From Azolla caroliniana (lineage: Eukaryota; Plantae; Polypodiophyta): a stretch of DNA of 64,000 bases. Both the position numbers and the translations under genes were made by a program. The stretch spans positions 2,604,001 to 2,668,000 of the forward strand of contig JBHGNT010000003.1 in NCBI GenBank assembly GCA_043228905.1, read 5' to 3'. Positions 11,433 through 24,034 of the stretch are shown one piece after another. The notes beneath the pieces are model-generated. The model was not told the origin of the DNA and did no database searches. It worked only from the letters and a program-made list of their open reading frames with translations. Numbering within the stretch: the stretch's first letter is position 1; every line of letters begins with the position of its first letter.

Positions 11433-12984
11433 GGAGATTGATGTAAGTAACTATTGATATTTGCTCTGTTTTTACTCAAGGCTATGAAAACTTGTTATTA
11501 TTATTGTTAAAGTACACATACATTATATCAAATTGTTAGTTGTATTCTTAACCGGTCATTTCCCTGACACCGTTAATGCCAATGTACAAGAGGTTTCCGT
11601 CACTTTCATTATTATTTCCTCTCAAATAATTACACCATGCAAATGATTGACGATTCAATTCCACCCCTTTTCTTCTCAAAACTACATATTCATGTTAGTT
11701 TGATGCCTACTTTCTAATCAGAGTTGTGAAATGTTAATTAGTAATGTAAAATGTGGTAATGTATTTATTGTAATTAATCACATTGTCTTCAATATGTATG
11801 CTTCACTTGGGCCCGACTTGGCTAATGTTAGAATTGAGGAAACATTCTCAATAATGGTTGTGAAGATCATGAGGGATCAGTCAGGAATGACTCTTGAGTC
11901 GAATGCGTGTCATTTTCAGTAGAAAGCAGCGTCCCCCCAATGTAATGTTTGAGTATAATGTCTTCATTAATTGAATTCTTGCTCTTTTTGACTTTGGGTC
12001 TTTTTGACTTTGGGTCTTTTTTGATCTTTTTGGGATCCCCAACATTAGGAAAAAGGGAACTTGTTGGCTTTCTCAAACATTTAACCTTTAAACTATATAC
12101 AAGTAACGGATGGGACTTGTTCCTCATGGGCAACAATCATCTCAGAGAAAATGGCAATGACAAAAAATACGCGGCATTGAAAAGTAAGCAACATCAATAA
12201 GAATGTGACACTTATATTTTTAATGTAGCACCACATCTTGATCATCCTCTAATATGAAAGCATAGCTTTAGAATCTAGTAAATGGCCAAAATAAAAGAAT
12301 CTAAATTAATAGGATCAGAACAAAGGAATTGAGTCAGTGGAAACCATGACTTTATAGAAAGAGGCAACAATCTTGAGCCTAAATCCCATCAAAGATAACA
12401 ACATGTTAGCAAGCATATGATTAATTTGTTAATTTTATATCGGAGGAAAATTCAATTATTGGTCTTCCAGGTAAATGGGGTCAGGATTACCGTGTTCCAT
12501 GAGCTTTTCCAGGACATTTGATTGAGTCAATTCGTCCGCAAAGTTTCAGTTTTCTTTTATGTACTATCAATTAATCAACAGACATCGACACAAAAACATC
12601 TAACAACTATGCCTCAAAAAAAGGAAAACTTTGTCTCTAGCTAGAATCAAGATCATTGCTTGATTGTAATGTACATTAAGCACAGCCACCAGATTTCTGA
12701 AATCCTAGAAGAATTTGACTAGAAAACGGAATGGAATATTTGCTTTCTATGTATAAAATGGCATGATTTGGTCTCTCTCTCTCTCTCCATACATACATGA
12801 TTTTGCTATTCTTATCTCCCTCCCCCCTCTCTTCCTCTCTGTGTGTCTCTCATTTTTCTCTCTTGTCTTATCTCCTGCAAGAAAAGAAAAGATTAGGGCT
12901 GGTACTTGACTTCGGCAAGAAAGCATCGAGTTTGCGCTCACAGAAGAGGAAGTCTGAAGAGAAGACGTTTAAGAGAATATCAAC

Positions 12985-13935
12985 ATGGAACTCAACCATA
13001 CAAGAACAATGGGTAAATCTATATCCTACATTAAAGAAGTGAAATGGAGAGAAGACACGATAATAAGGATCAATGAGGCTGATACTAATGTTGATACTAA
13101 ACGGTTCAATGAAAGTCGAAACATTTCGACACCTCCGAAAGCATTAGTGGATGTGAAGCCAGAGTCATATCGCCCTCAGATACTGACCATCGGACCATTG
13201 TATGAAATGTTTAGTGAAAACTCTCCTCCTGATCATTGTAAGGCACTGTGTGTGAGTAGATTCATGCGGAGACATGGGATATCGGATGTGCACCAGCTCA
13301 TGCAACGCCTCTTCGATGACCCTTCGAATCTTCACCTCGATTATTCAGGCCTTTCTAGATATAGCTGTGAGTTCCTCCAACTTTTGCTCACTGTGGATAC
13401 CATCTTCCTTAGTGAATTCTTGCTGTTTCTTTCGACTAATTGGAACTCCATACTTGACGAACACTACTACTTCGACACACTCTGCAACAATGACATCACA
13501 TACACGCAAGTATTGAGGGACTTGTTCGTGATGGGCAACCAAATTCCCATGTCCCATCTGAAGAAGCTGATTGAAGTGTTCCCAAGCAAACCCAAGTTGG
13601 AAAGGGATAAACTCCAGGATGCATTGGTCGATGTCGTTAAAGAAGTCGATCCATTCTTTATCAGTCATTCTGTGCACGAGAAGTTCACAACTCCCAAGCT
13701 TCACGATTGCGACCATCTACTTGATTGCCTGTATGTTTGGGTCCTCAGAGACCGATTACAAAAGAAAAACAAAAAGAGAGAAGCCATCAATCCATGTAGA
13801 TTTCAACAAGTATGGAATATTTTTTTGACGAATGACGCAGCTCCGAAGACGAACGAAGCCACTCACAAGAAAACTATTCCGGCATCTATCATGTTAAAGA
13901 AGGTAGATGTTTGGCATCCCATCAAAACACATTGA
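12985..13935 (+). pseudogene. DUF247 copy C, 3'-truncated (N-terminal ~300 aa only, no TM helix)
   Basis: ORF with YRPQILTIGPLY, DLFVMGNQIP and HLLDCLY. At ~13883 it switches to sequence matching the 3' flank of copy D (CATCTATCATGT.AAAGAAG...GTTTGGCATCCCATCAAAACAC at ~28588-28660). Confidence 0.8.
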
Positions 13936-14656
13936 CATCAGTACAGTAAACTTTCCACAATTGAGTCATCATGGATCCCACCAAAACCAACTAAGGATGT
14001 GCCTCAATAAGCCAAGTCTATCATGTAAAATAAGAAAGGAATATCAAAGTGTAGAGTTAATGATGACCAATAGTGGAGATAAATCAAATAAGAGTTCCCA
14101 TCGTCTAGTCCATATATATGAGTTTCAACCTACAATATATTTTTTGTATACAGATTTTATCTTCAATCTTTGATCTTCCCAAATAATGGTTATGTGTCAT
14201 ACAGATTTTACGTTTACATGGCTATTAATAATGTAATATCAAATCATGATTATGTGCCATGTTATAAAAATTTCAACTAGTGATCATTCGTAGGTTAGTG
14301 ATATCGGTCAAATTTATATCATTTTCATAAAGGGTGCTCGGTCACTAATCTTTTCTCTATTTGGCATTATGTAGCGCAACTTGGTAGCTCATGACCTGAA
14401 ATCCCCATAATACCATATCTAGAGGACCAGCTCCACAAACTCCAAACCAATTACTAGAATTAAATAGTATGCTATTCTGTTTCATTGTATAAGTGTGGTG
14501 CTTTATTCATTTATTTGGGATTTCATTGTCCTTTATTTTTGTTATTTTTCCATAGGAGCTCATAACTATTGGAAGATGATGTAGTAGAAATAAGCAAGTC
14601 ACATGTAATAATGGATACCCTAAGAGTCCATGAACTCATAAAAACATGGTCTACTT

Positions 14657-14765
14657 GAGAAGGCGATGCCATTACCTCCACTTGCAGAATCTGATGTGAT
14701 AAGAAGGCAGTGCCAGATCTGGATCAATTAGGGAAGGAGAGATATAGGTGCTGTCTCAGTAGCTT
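14657..14765 (+). pseudogene. CYP remnant 2 (hinge and LAES piece only; promoter and ATG deleted)
   Basis: GAGAAGGCGATGCCATTACCTCCACTTGCAGAATCTGATGTGATAAGAAGGCAG matches 8573-8625 and 30024-30078. Confidence 0.7.
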
Positions 14766-15139
14766 TAAAGGAATAGCTTTTTCCACTGGGGCCACACGTT
14801 ATTGTTCATTTTTTATCATACTTTTTGTATTGTAATTTGTATTACAATACATATGTCCCTAGGTCCTGACTCTTGACTTACCCGTTTTACCTCTTATTTC
14901 TCCTGCTACATCAAGGCAAGTGGATGACATTATAAGGTATCTTGGTTTGGGACAAGAGCACTAGAGAAGTCATGGACACAACCGCGTCTTGGAGTTGTTC
15001 GAGGCTTTGGAACATCACCAAGATGGAATGCATGTTGGCAACTTCGACACGCAGGTTGTAGACTGGGGATAAACACATATGACCATGGAATCAGAGAAAT
15101 ACCAATGAATGATGTGGGGCAAATGGATAACAATACGCT

Positions 15140-15415
15140 ACGCCATGCATTTGAAGTGAGAGTTCTGAATAGATGTTTATAAAACTATGGTAAAAAACAT
15201 TGGGAAATGGTCAAGATGATAATGAGACACCTAAGTGACCCTAAGGACACGCATCTATGTTTGGGTAGCACTAGCAATATGTATTTCAAAACTAGATCAT
15301 GACAAGGGCATAGTCAACTTGTAGTACCTAGATTGCTTTGTAATGGTCAAAGTACCCTATCTCTTGCTAAAAATCGGTCTATCGTGCAAAGGCCAAGCAC
15401 ATTGGAGTGTGATAC
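15140..15415 (+). mobile_element. Decayed copia RT/RNase H remnant (module copy)
   Basis: Homologous to 30500-30770 and 42720-43000. Confidence 0.65.
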
Positions 15416-17249
15416 CATGTCTGATTAGTCTTGTGAAGGTTGTTTCTTGAGCACAAGTCTTTGATTCAACTTCCATCTTCCCAAATAATAGTTTTCGGGC
15501 ATATACATTTTATGTTAATTTTCACTATTACTAAGAAAGTAATCTCAAATCATGATTATAATTTATGTGACATATTATCAATTTTTCTATTACTGTTCAT
15601 TCCTAGGTCTATGATATAGATTCCTTGTGGTGGAATGTTAATTCATGAGTTATTAGCATATTTCTAACACCCAACATTATTTCTGTTTAGCATTATGTAA
15701 TGCAACATTGTAGGTAGTTCATGATGAGTCATGAGCGAAATCTGAATACCATTCCTTGAGGGCCGACTACACTAACTCCAAAGCAATTACTAGAAATAAG
15801 TATTGGTGCTATTATGTCTCATAAAAGCATAAGAATGATTCATTACAATTTGAAAATATGTATGTATGTACGATGAGGACCTTTAAATTATCGTGCAATG
15901 CATTGAGAACCTACTAAATATATGGAGTTACGACAATGTTGATTTATCACAATTGTGTAGGACAATCATCAAGTTATCCTAAAACGCATTCCACTTATTG
16001 TTTATGGATTCAACCTCAAGGTTATATACAAAAGGAATCTCCAACTAATTTTGAGGAGCATTTAAGCAATAAGTGAGCTTCATTATGTAATTACCAACAA
16101 TGTGAATTTCACTTTATCACTATAACTATTACATAGATAATTACACAATAGATCATTGAGGACACTTTGACCTGCAGATTATTTCATCTATGAAATTATA
16201 CGTTTCAAGAAAACGTCATTAAATAATTGACTCCAAAAATGCATACATTCTGCGTAATATTACTTCGATCGATACCACTCATAAGAAATATATTTCAAAA
16301 TTACTAAAATATTGTGAAATGCACATAAGAAACACATGCACATCAAAATATGACCAGGTCAATATATTAATATCCACGTGATCTAAAGAAAAGAGAGAAA
16401 TGTCTTTTTCTCCAAAAAAACGATACTACATTATTACATTAGTATTAGAAAACACCATAAGGCTACAAATATCCCTATGTTTTTCTAAATTCTAAATTCT
16501 AAATAACTACTTTGGCGTTAAGTCAAAGTACTCTACCTTATCAAAAAAGTCGTCTATAAATTATACCTATGTCCTAGATGGCATGAAACTCCTAACACTC
16601 AAGGTTCGCTTGGTGCGTATTACCTTTTATACTATCCAACCACCCTATGAGATTATGCACAATCTCTATCCAAATCTCTGAGAGAAATGTCCTGTCACCT
16701 CTGTAGTCGGGTCAAAAAATTAAAGAGAAATCAAAGGAGTCCACTGGGTCTAAAATTTCTCAATCTATCACAAAGGATTTAGTAAAAATGGATGAGTTGC
16801 CTTCTCAATCCATACTAAATAAATTTAAGAGATTTAATATTAATAAAAGTTCGTAAAAAATGTTGTAGAAATTACCATACGAACCTGTGTACGAATTATT
16901 ACCATTATTGTGTTATGGTGGGTTCACTTTAAATATTCACCATAGAGAAAATAGTTGGCACGACCATCTCACTTTAACCTCTCTACATTATATCGTTGGA
17001 TGTGATGTTTCTTGATCCCATTGTCTTTGTCACAATATCAGTGTTTGTGTTTTTCAAATATGTTATGATTAGTGTTGTATCTACTAACATTAATATTTAG
17101 AGAGCGACACATTAAATAACTAGCAACTTTGTCTCAACTTTCTCATTACCAAAAAAAGATACACTCTATCTAAAAAATGGAGACCTTTACAAAAACCTTA
17201 CTCCAAGGAGTTAATTTTACTATGTTTGCGATCAGCTCATCAACACCCA

Positions 17250-17481
17250 GCACATGGACCACGTAAGGGAAGATGTGGACAACTTTAGATGCATGGTTTG
17301 GCTATGGTGTATAAAATGATGAAGAAGAAGGAAAAGAAGACCATGCTTCTCTAGCTCACTTCTATTGGAGAAGTCTTGAGTTTTCATGCCAGGAAAGGAG
17401 GAGAACTAGCATTGAGAAGCTTCGCCTATGGTGAGCTTTATCCCTGTGGAGCTCATCATTAGGCTTATTAAGTCACTACTA
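17250..17481 (+). pseudogene. CYP remnant 3: promoter plus first ~18 codons (ATG 17428, early stop)
   Basis: CATGGACCACGTAAGGGAAGATGTGGACAAC...GTATAAAATGATGAAGAAG...ATGGTGAGCTTTATCCCTGTGGAGCTCATCATT matches 54944-55160. Confidence 0.7.
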
Positions 17482-18775
17482 CGTTTTTATGGTCTTGGTC
17501 ATATCCATAGCTAATATTAATCAAAGAGAAAAATTAAACTACAGGTGTGTGCATATACTTCTTAAGGCTTTTTGGGTTTTGGGGGATGTTTCTATATTCT
17601 CATAATTTTGTGGATTTTTCTCATTGCAAGAACAAGGAATTTTTTAGTGACCACGAGAAAGCTTCTCATGGAAAGTACTAACTCCTCCTTTTGATCGATG
17701 GTGAAAGATAACCTGAATGAATGAATAATGTTGACGTTGTACATTGCCGTAACAAAATCTTTTCATTGAACTCATAGATGTTTCCATCCCCTCATCGGCA
17801 ACGATGAGCTAGACAACATCAATGAATTGACCTTATTTCATCTTTACTTGTTAGGCTCCAATTTGTTTGTTTGTTTATGTTCTAAGAAATGAAGGATTTG
17901 TAAACCAACAAACAAATTAGATGAAGACAACTCTTTCTTGTGTATTCATGATCATCAATGTGACTTAACAACAAAGGTGAGAGAGGGACTTTGTAAACTA
18001 TTGTGCTTCAATTTTATTAGGCCGACGTGGTGATACGTAAGGCACAAGAAAAAAGCATTTCATGTAGTCAAGTCATCACAACAATGTACAAATTACCAAC
18101 CACAAATAATGTGCAAATATTTCAACAAATAAGGCCGCATATTACTTGCCAGTAAATGTGAGGCATTGAATCAAATTTGGCTATAGAGTATGATGAAGGC
18201 GTAGGTAAAGCATGTGAAGAGATAGGAAAGCCATTGAATAATGTATGGAAAACCACGACATTATCCTCCTCTTTCCCTTTCGTTTGAATAAACTATGGTT
18301 TTTCTCTTAATGAAGGTAGTATTTAGCTCTGAGGTGTGATGTTGATTATCCATGAACTATTGATTAATACTTCTTGGGTGTTTAGAGTTTGGACTCGTCT
18401 CTGGGCTTTTTCCCATTGTTTCATTGTGGGGTGCAGGGAACCCCATTGGCCTATCTTGTATGACTAAAAATCAAAGGGAAAAACCTTGAAATATCTAGAA
18501 GAGTTTTTCTTAATAGTAACTGCAAATTGTGGTGAGATAGGTAGTTTGTTTGTAAGAGGGTAGCTATGTAGAGGAATGTACGTAGCACCTAAATCATGTT
18601 AGTGAACTCATGTCAATGGATACTAAAACTAGTGGATATGTTACAAACACAAAGATATGTTGATCTAGTGGGTCTACTAGAGATGATGATCATGACATAA
18701 TATTGTTATCATAATTGCGGTGTTGTCATTGATGGATTCATGAGACTTTACAAAAAGGTGATTTGCATCCTCATT

Positions 18776-19072
18776 GGTTGGTTGTTTACCAAAATTATGG
18801 GGTGCATTGGGATTACTCTGTTCACCAGTAGGTAAACACCATTAGGGTCAAGTTGCTCGCCTTTGCATGGAAGGATGACTTCCTTTGCCATTTGGTCGGA
18901 AGTTCTTTACTCTGAGTGGTTGGTATGCTTACCAAATTTATGGGGTCCATTCGGATTTTACTCTGTTCAGCGCATTAATAGATGTAAGTAAACACCAAAA
19001 CACCGATAGGGTCAAGGTGCTCGCCTTTTAATGGAATGATGACTTCCTTTGCCATTTAGTAGGAAGTTCTTT
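18776..19072. repeat. Diverged tandem duplication, ~140-150 bp unit, two copies
   Basis: TTACCAAA.TTATGGGGT.CATT.GGATT...TAGGGTCAAG.TGCTCGCCTTT...GATGACTTCCTTTGCCATTT.GT.GGAAGTTCTTT occurs twice. Confidence 0.75.
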
Positions 19073-19605
19073 GTTCATATTAGGTCATTGGATTATATAC
19101 ACCAAGTTCTCATTGTGCTTGGATAAAAAATGCATGAAGAAGCTCCTAATGGCTATTTCTATGTAATGCTTTGAATTTATGTAATTTCTATTGCAGAATA
19201 CGCTCGTTTCATATATGTCGTGCAAATTATGTGATTAATGTTCGGGTTTTGCAAATATATTGTATTTACTATGATTCATCCCAAGAGATTCAACACACTA
19301 AACAACTAGTAACTTTGCCTATTTCCTAAAAACTTTCCCATCACTGAAAGAAGACAAATTGTATCTCTAAAATAACGACCTTTGCAAAACCTTACACAAT
19401 AAGGACAACTTTAGTCATCTAACAAACTTACATGGGCCACGTAGGAGAAGATGTGGACAACTATGGATGAATGTTTTTGGTTGTGGTGTATAAAATGATG
19501 AACAAGAAGGGGGAGAAGAGCATGCTGCTTTGGCTCACTCTATAAGCAAAATCTGAAGATTTCACACCAGGAGAGGAGGAGAACTTGCAACTGAGAACTT
19601 CAGCT

Positions 19606-20687
19606 ATGGTGAGCTTTATCCCTGTGGAACTCATCATTGGGCTTATTCTGTCACTACTACTTTTCATAGCAGGATTACCTCAGCTAAGCAGACATTCAAG
19701 CAAGAAGGTTAAGCACCAGCACGAGAAGAAGCTGATTTTACCACCGGGTCGTCTCGGCCTTCCCTTCAATGGCTCCCATGGAAATTCATCGATGACCGCA
19801 TCTCGGCATATGGAGAGACATTCAAGACGAGACTACTCGGCTTCCCAACAGTAGTTCTTGCGAGCTATTTGAGTAACAAGGCAGCCTTCTCTAATTGTTC
19901 AGGTGTGAAAACAGATTGTAGACGTTGGACAGAAAAGAACAAAAAGAAAAGGGAGATGCAGAAAACAGTGTGATCGATCTGATTTCGTGAGAGAACAAAA
20001 GAGAGAGCAAAGAAGAAAACATAGTGCAGAAAACAGAGAATACAAGTGAAGCAATCTGATTTTTGGAGAGAGCACAGAGAGAGCACGGTCTGTTTTCTGC
20101 ATACACAAAACAGTAAAACAGAATATAGAAAGAGAAAAACAGAAAAGAAGTGTGAGAGAAAATAGAGAGCGAAAGAGCGAGCAAGAGGAAGGGGTTGGTT
20201 CGTGGTCTTCTTCTTGTTTCAGGTTTCTTTGTTTCATGCTTATCTTTGTTTCCATTTTCTTTTGTTTTTCATTCCACCTAGTTGGGTGAGGATTGTGGCC
20301 AAGGCTGTTGCCTTGAGGCGAGTTGAGTCTATACTAAGTTTTATTTGTTATTGTGTAGCCAAGACTGTTGCCTTGAGGTTTGTATGCTTCTCTAGTGAAG
20401 TCTTGTCTTATTGTACTCCAAAATCATAGTGGAATTGTTTGGAACCTACGGTTCCCGTGGTTTTTTCCTTATTTTGGGTTTTTCACGTTAAAATCTTGCT
20501 TTATACTCTCATTTTGTCTTGTGGTGTTGTTTATTTGAATTCTTGAATTGGTATTACGAATCATCCCGATTCCGCTCCATATGAGGCCTAATGAATTGAA
20601 TTGGACCCTAATGAGGTTGTTCTGGTGGATGTGATTCCCGTCTCTGTGAATGGACTTCCTATCCTCCTCCAGCCTCGCATGGCATGA
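19606..20687 (+). pseudogene. CYP pseudogene, close paralogue of the intact gene: 5' part 19606-19894 and last codons 20602-20687; middle replaced by an LTR-like insert
   Basis: [54 protein letters not shown], then a small frameshifting deletion. The 3' end GACCCTAATGAG...CCTATCCTCCTCCAGCCTCGCATGGCATGA and 3' flank to ~21105 match 56667-57130; promoter 19150-19605 matches 54680-55122. Confidence 0.85.
19896..20600 (+). mobile_element. LTR-like fragment (copia type) replacing the CYP interior
   Basis: Starts TGTT, then an AG-rich tract, then a U5-like TAGTGGA..CCCGTGGTTTTT...GGGTTTTTCACGTTAAAATCTTG similar to the U5 of the 44418 element. Confidence 0.55.
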
Positions 20688-21108
20688 TTTGGTTTCCTAG
20701 CCAAAGAGTGTTTTTCAAATCTTGCAACAATATCTCAGCTATATCTTGCCGAGCCATTACTCGTATCCGAGCTATATCTTTCCTATTTAAAGATGTATAC
20801 ATTGGAATTTCGTACCTTATAATTAGATGTTTGGTGTTCAAACATACAAATAAATTTGTCTTTGAAACACTACAATCACACCAAAAGTAAGTGGTGTCAC
20901 CGCTACGTGGGTAGTAGGTGAGACATGTTGAATCGCCAATAAGCAAGACAAACATTGCACTAGGAAATGAATCTCGACTTTCTCTAAAAAATAAAATTAC
21001 CTCATCAATATTCCTATTGAATTTCATAGAAAGTTCTAACTTCATGTCTACCATCAAATAAAAAAGCAAGACATACATCACAATTATGATGTAATCCCCA
21101 ATATCTTT

Positions 21109-24034
21109 TTGTTATGTAAAGGCGTCCCTCCTTGCGGGGATGTCGACCGAAAAGTTGACTTAAGAGTCAGCTGGTTGAAATCAGCTGAGATGCCGAAATG
21201 AATTCGGCGAGAATTCAGGTGCAGATACACACCGGAACAAAATGGTGTGGCCGAGAAAAAGAACCGGTTGCTCATGGAAGCGGCAAGGTCAAGGATGGAG
21301 GAGAAAAGCATGCCTAGATTCTACTGGGTAGAGGCGGTCTGGACGGTCGTCTACATCCAGAACTCGATCGGTGATAAGGTGTCAGCTCACGAGTTGTATT
21401 TCGGGCGCAAGCCGAATTTGAGACACCTTCGGGCATTCAGCAGCATAGCCTATGTGCATGTGCCGGATGAGAAGCGGAGAAAGTTGGATGCAAAATCGGA
21501 AAAATGCATCCTAGTCGGCTATGCTCAAGAGCAAAAGGGGTATAAGTGTTATAACCCCCGAACGAAGTAGGTCCGAGTTAGGCGAGATATCGAGTTTGAT
21601 GAATTGGCATCGTGGTATTCCTTACCGACTTCGACTTCCGACCCCGACCCGATATCGGAGGATGAGGCTAGTGAGCCCGAACCGGCCCAGGTAGAGGACG
21701 ATGAAGCCGGCACTCAAGATGAGAGTCTGGAATCATTCCGGTTGAGCGGACCGAACGAGAGACTGGGTCAGTCCGACCAGTCGGATGATTAGACGGCGAG
21801 TAGAGGAGACTCTGCGGTGCTCTCCCCGCGCAAGGAACCGAGGAGACGGTTCACGTGCAAAAAGAAGGGGAAGAAGAAGATGCCGAAATTCGAGATCGGC
21901 AATGATGAGTCGGATCGGTGCGCATCCGACTCCGGCAAGGACAAAGGCAGATCTTCGGGAAGGAAGACCGAACCGGCCAAGAAGGGCCTCATACCGAGTA
22001 ACGGTGAGTTACACCGGTCCACCCGCCACAAGGATCCCGTTAAACGGTACGGGTACAATGAGTACATGGCGCATCATTATGCGTACATGACCAAGGTGGT
22101 GGATGTGCATGAGCCGGACAGCTACGCAGAAGCGGCAAAGGACGCAAATTGGCTTGCCGCTATGGAGGAAGAAATGCGGCACTGGATGCCAACGAAACTT
22201 GGGACCTGGTTGACCCTCCCCGTCACTATAAACCAATCGGATGCAAGTGGGTGTACAAGGTAAAGTACAACGCCAACGGTTCAGTTAACCGGTACAAGGC
22301 CCGGTTAGTGGCGAAGGGATAAGCGCAAACCCACGGAATCGACTACGACGAGACCTTTGCTCTTGTAGCGAAGATGACGACGGTTCGTGTGGTGTTGGCG
22401 GTTGCTGCAACAAGGGGGTGGCATCTTCATCACATGGATGTGAAAAATTCTTTCCTTCAAGGAGATCTTGAAAAAGAAGTCTTTATGACTCAGCCCCTCG
22501 GATTTCAGTCAGAGGTGAACAAGTCAACGGTATGCCGGCTGAAGAAGTCGTTGTACGGCTTGAAGCAAGCCCCCCGTGCTTGGAATGCGAAGATCACGCA
22601 CCGGTTGCATAAGATGGGGTTTGTTGCCTCTAATTTGGACTGTTCATTATTCATCTGGCAAAGCTCTCACGGTCCGGTATGCATACTATTGTATGTTGAT
22701 GATTTAGTCATCACCGGACCGGGTCTTCCAGAAATCCTTCGTGTCAAGTCCCAGTTGTCGGACACATTTGAGATGAAGGACCTGGGGAACCTCATTACTT
22801 CCTAGGGATCGAGGCTCGACGACATATTGCTCTCAGCCTGCAATGAGAAACGGTTCCGCCAAATCGTTGGAAGCCTTATCTATTTGACCATCACGCGACC
22901 CGACATCAGCTATCCGGTCAGAGTGATAAGCCAGTTCATGCAGAAGCCAACCGTGGAGCACCTTCAGTGCGCGCAATGGATATTGCGATATGTAAGCGGC
23001 ACGAAGGACAGGGGCTCGTTATACCGGCACGGTATGATTGAGAAGCTCGTCGGTTACATTGATGCCGACTGGGCCGACGATGCGTCAGATCGTCGATCGA
23101 CTTCCGGATACATGTTCTCCCTAGGTAGCGCGGCTGTTGCGTGGAGCAGCAAAAAGAAGCCAAGAGTGGCTCTATCGAGCACTGAAGCCATTTGGCTTCG
23201 GCGACTGCTGCAAGACCTACGGATCGAGGTACCGACCCCGATTCTGATCTACTGCGACAACATGAGCAGCATGCAGCTCGCCAAGCATCTCGTGTTCCAT
23301 GCTCGCACAAAGCACATAGAAGTGCATTATCACATCGTGCGTGAGCAGGTCCTGAGCGGTAAAGTTGAACTACTGTATGTTCCCACAGATCGACAACAAG
23401 ATCGTAGACTCGGTTGTGGCTGAGCATAGTTTCCGCGTGTTTGCAACAAGATCGGCCTACTTAGCAGACATACCGACCAAGAAGGTCGAGGCACGCGGAA
23501 CCTAAGAGGTCACGGCAAACGGGACCGAACCGGACAAGGAGCACGAGCAAGGCGAAGCAACGCTAGGAGAAGTCGGTTGGAAGGACCGGCTCGACACTAC
23601 GACCCGACCTCAAGTTAAGCTTGAGGGGGAGTGTTGAGCGGCAAGCTCAACTGAAGCTGGATCGGCTGAAAAGCCTGAGCCGGTAAGAGAGACGGATCGA
23701 TATGCCGGTAAGCAACAAGGCCGGTGAGGTTGGGAGCCAGTTAACCAGATCCAATCGGTAACCAGAAGCCTAGTATTAGTTTAGACTACTAGGCAATTAT
23801 AGTCTTGTAGTAAGTGTCAGATGCTTGTGTGAGCATTGATGTACATGGTACTTCTGTCAGTCCCAAGGGGACTTGTATAAATAGCGCTGATGAGCGCGTT
23901 GTATGAATAGAGCGTTAATATATTTTTGAATTCGTGTTCTGCCTCGCTGGCTCTCCCGCATATTGTCTCACTCTCTCTCTCTCTGTGCATTCTCTGCTTT
24001 ACGCTTCCGCACGCATATACGTTTACAGTTTACA
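21109..24034 (+). mobile_element. 5'-truncated degenerate Ty1/copia: integrase, RT, RNase H, PPT and 3' LTR (~23632-24034)
   Basis: EQNGVAEKKNR, KLDAKSEKCILVGY, HMDVKNSFLQGDL, LYVDDL, DADWADD..DRRSTSG and ARTKHIEVHYH with stops and frameshifts; PPT TGAGGGGGAG 23622-23631 followed by TGTTG; probable CA end at 24034. Confidence 0.85.

Noticed and set aside
11867-12200. ORFs in the conserved upstream blocks (also 25644-25943)
   Set aside because: Low-complexity, indel-variable among the four copies, and no recognisable domain.
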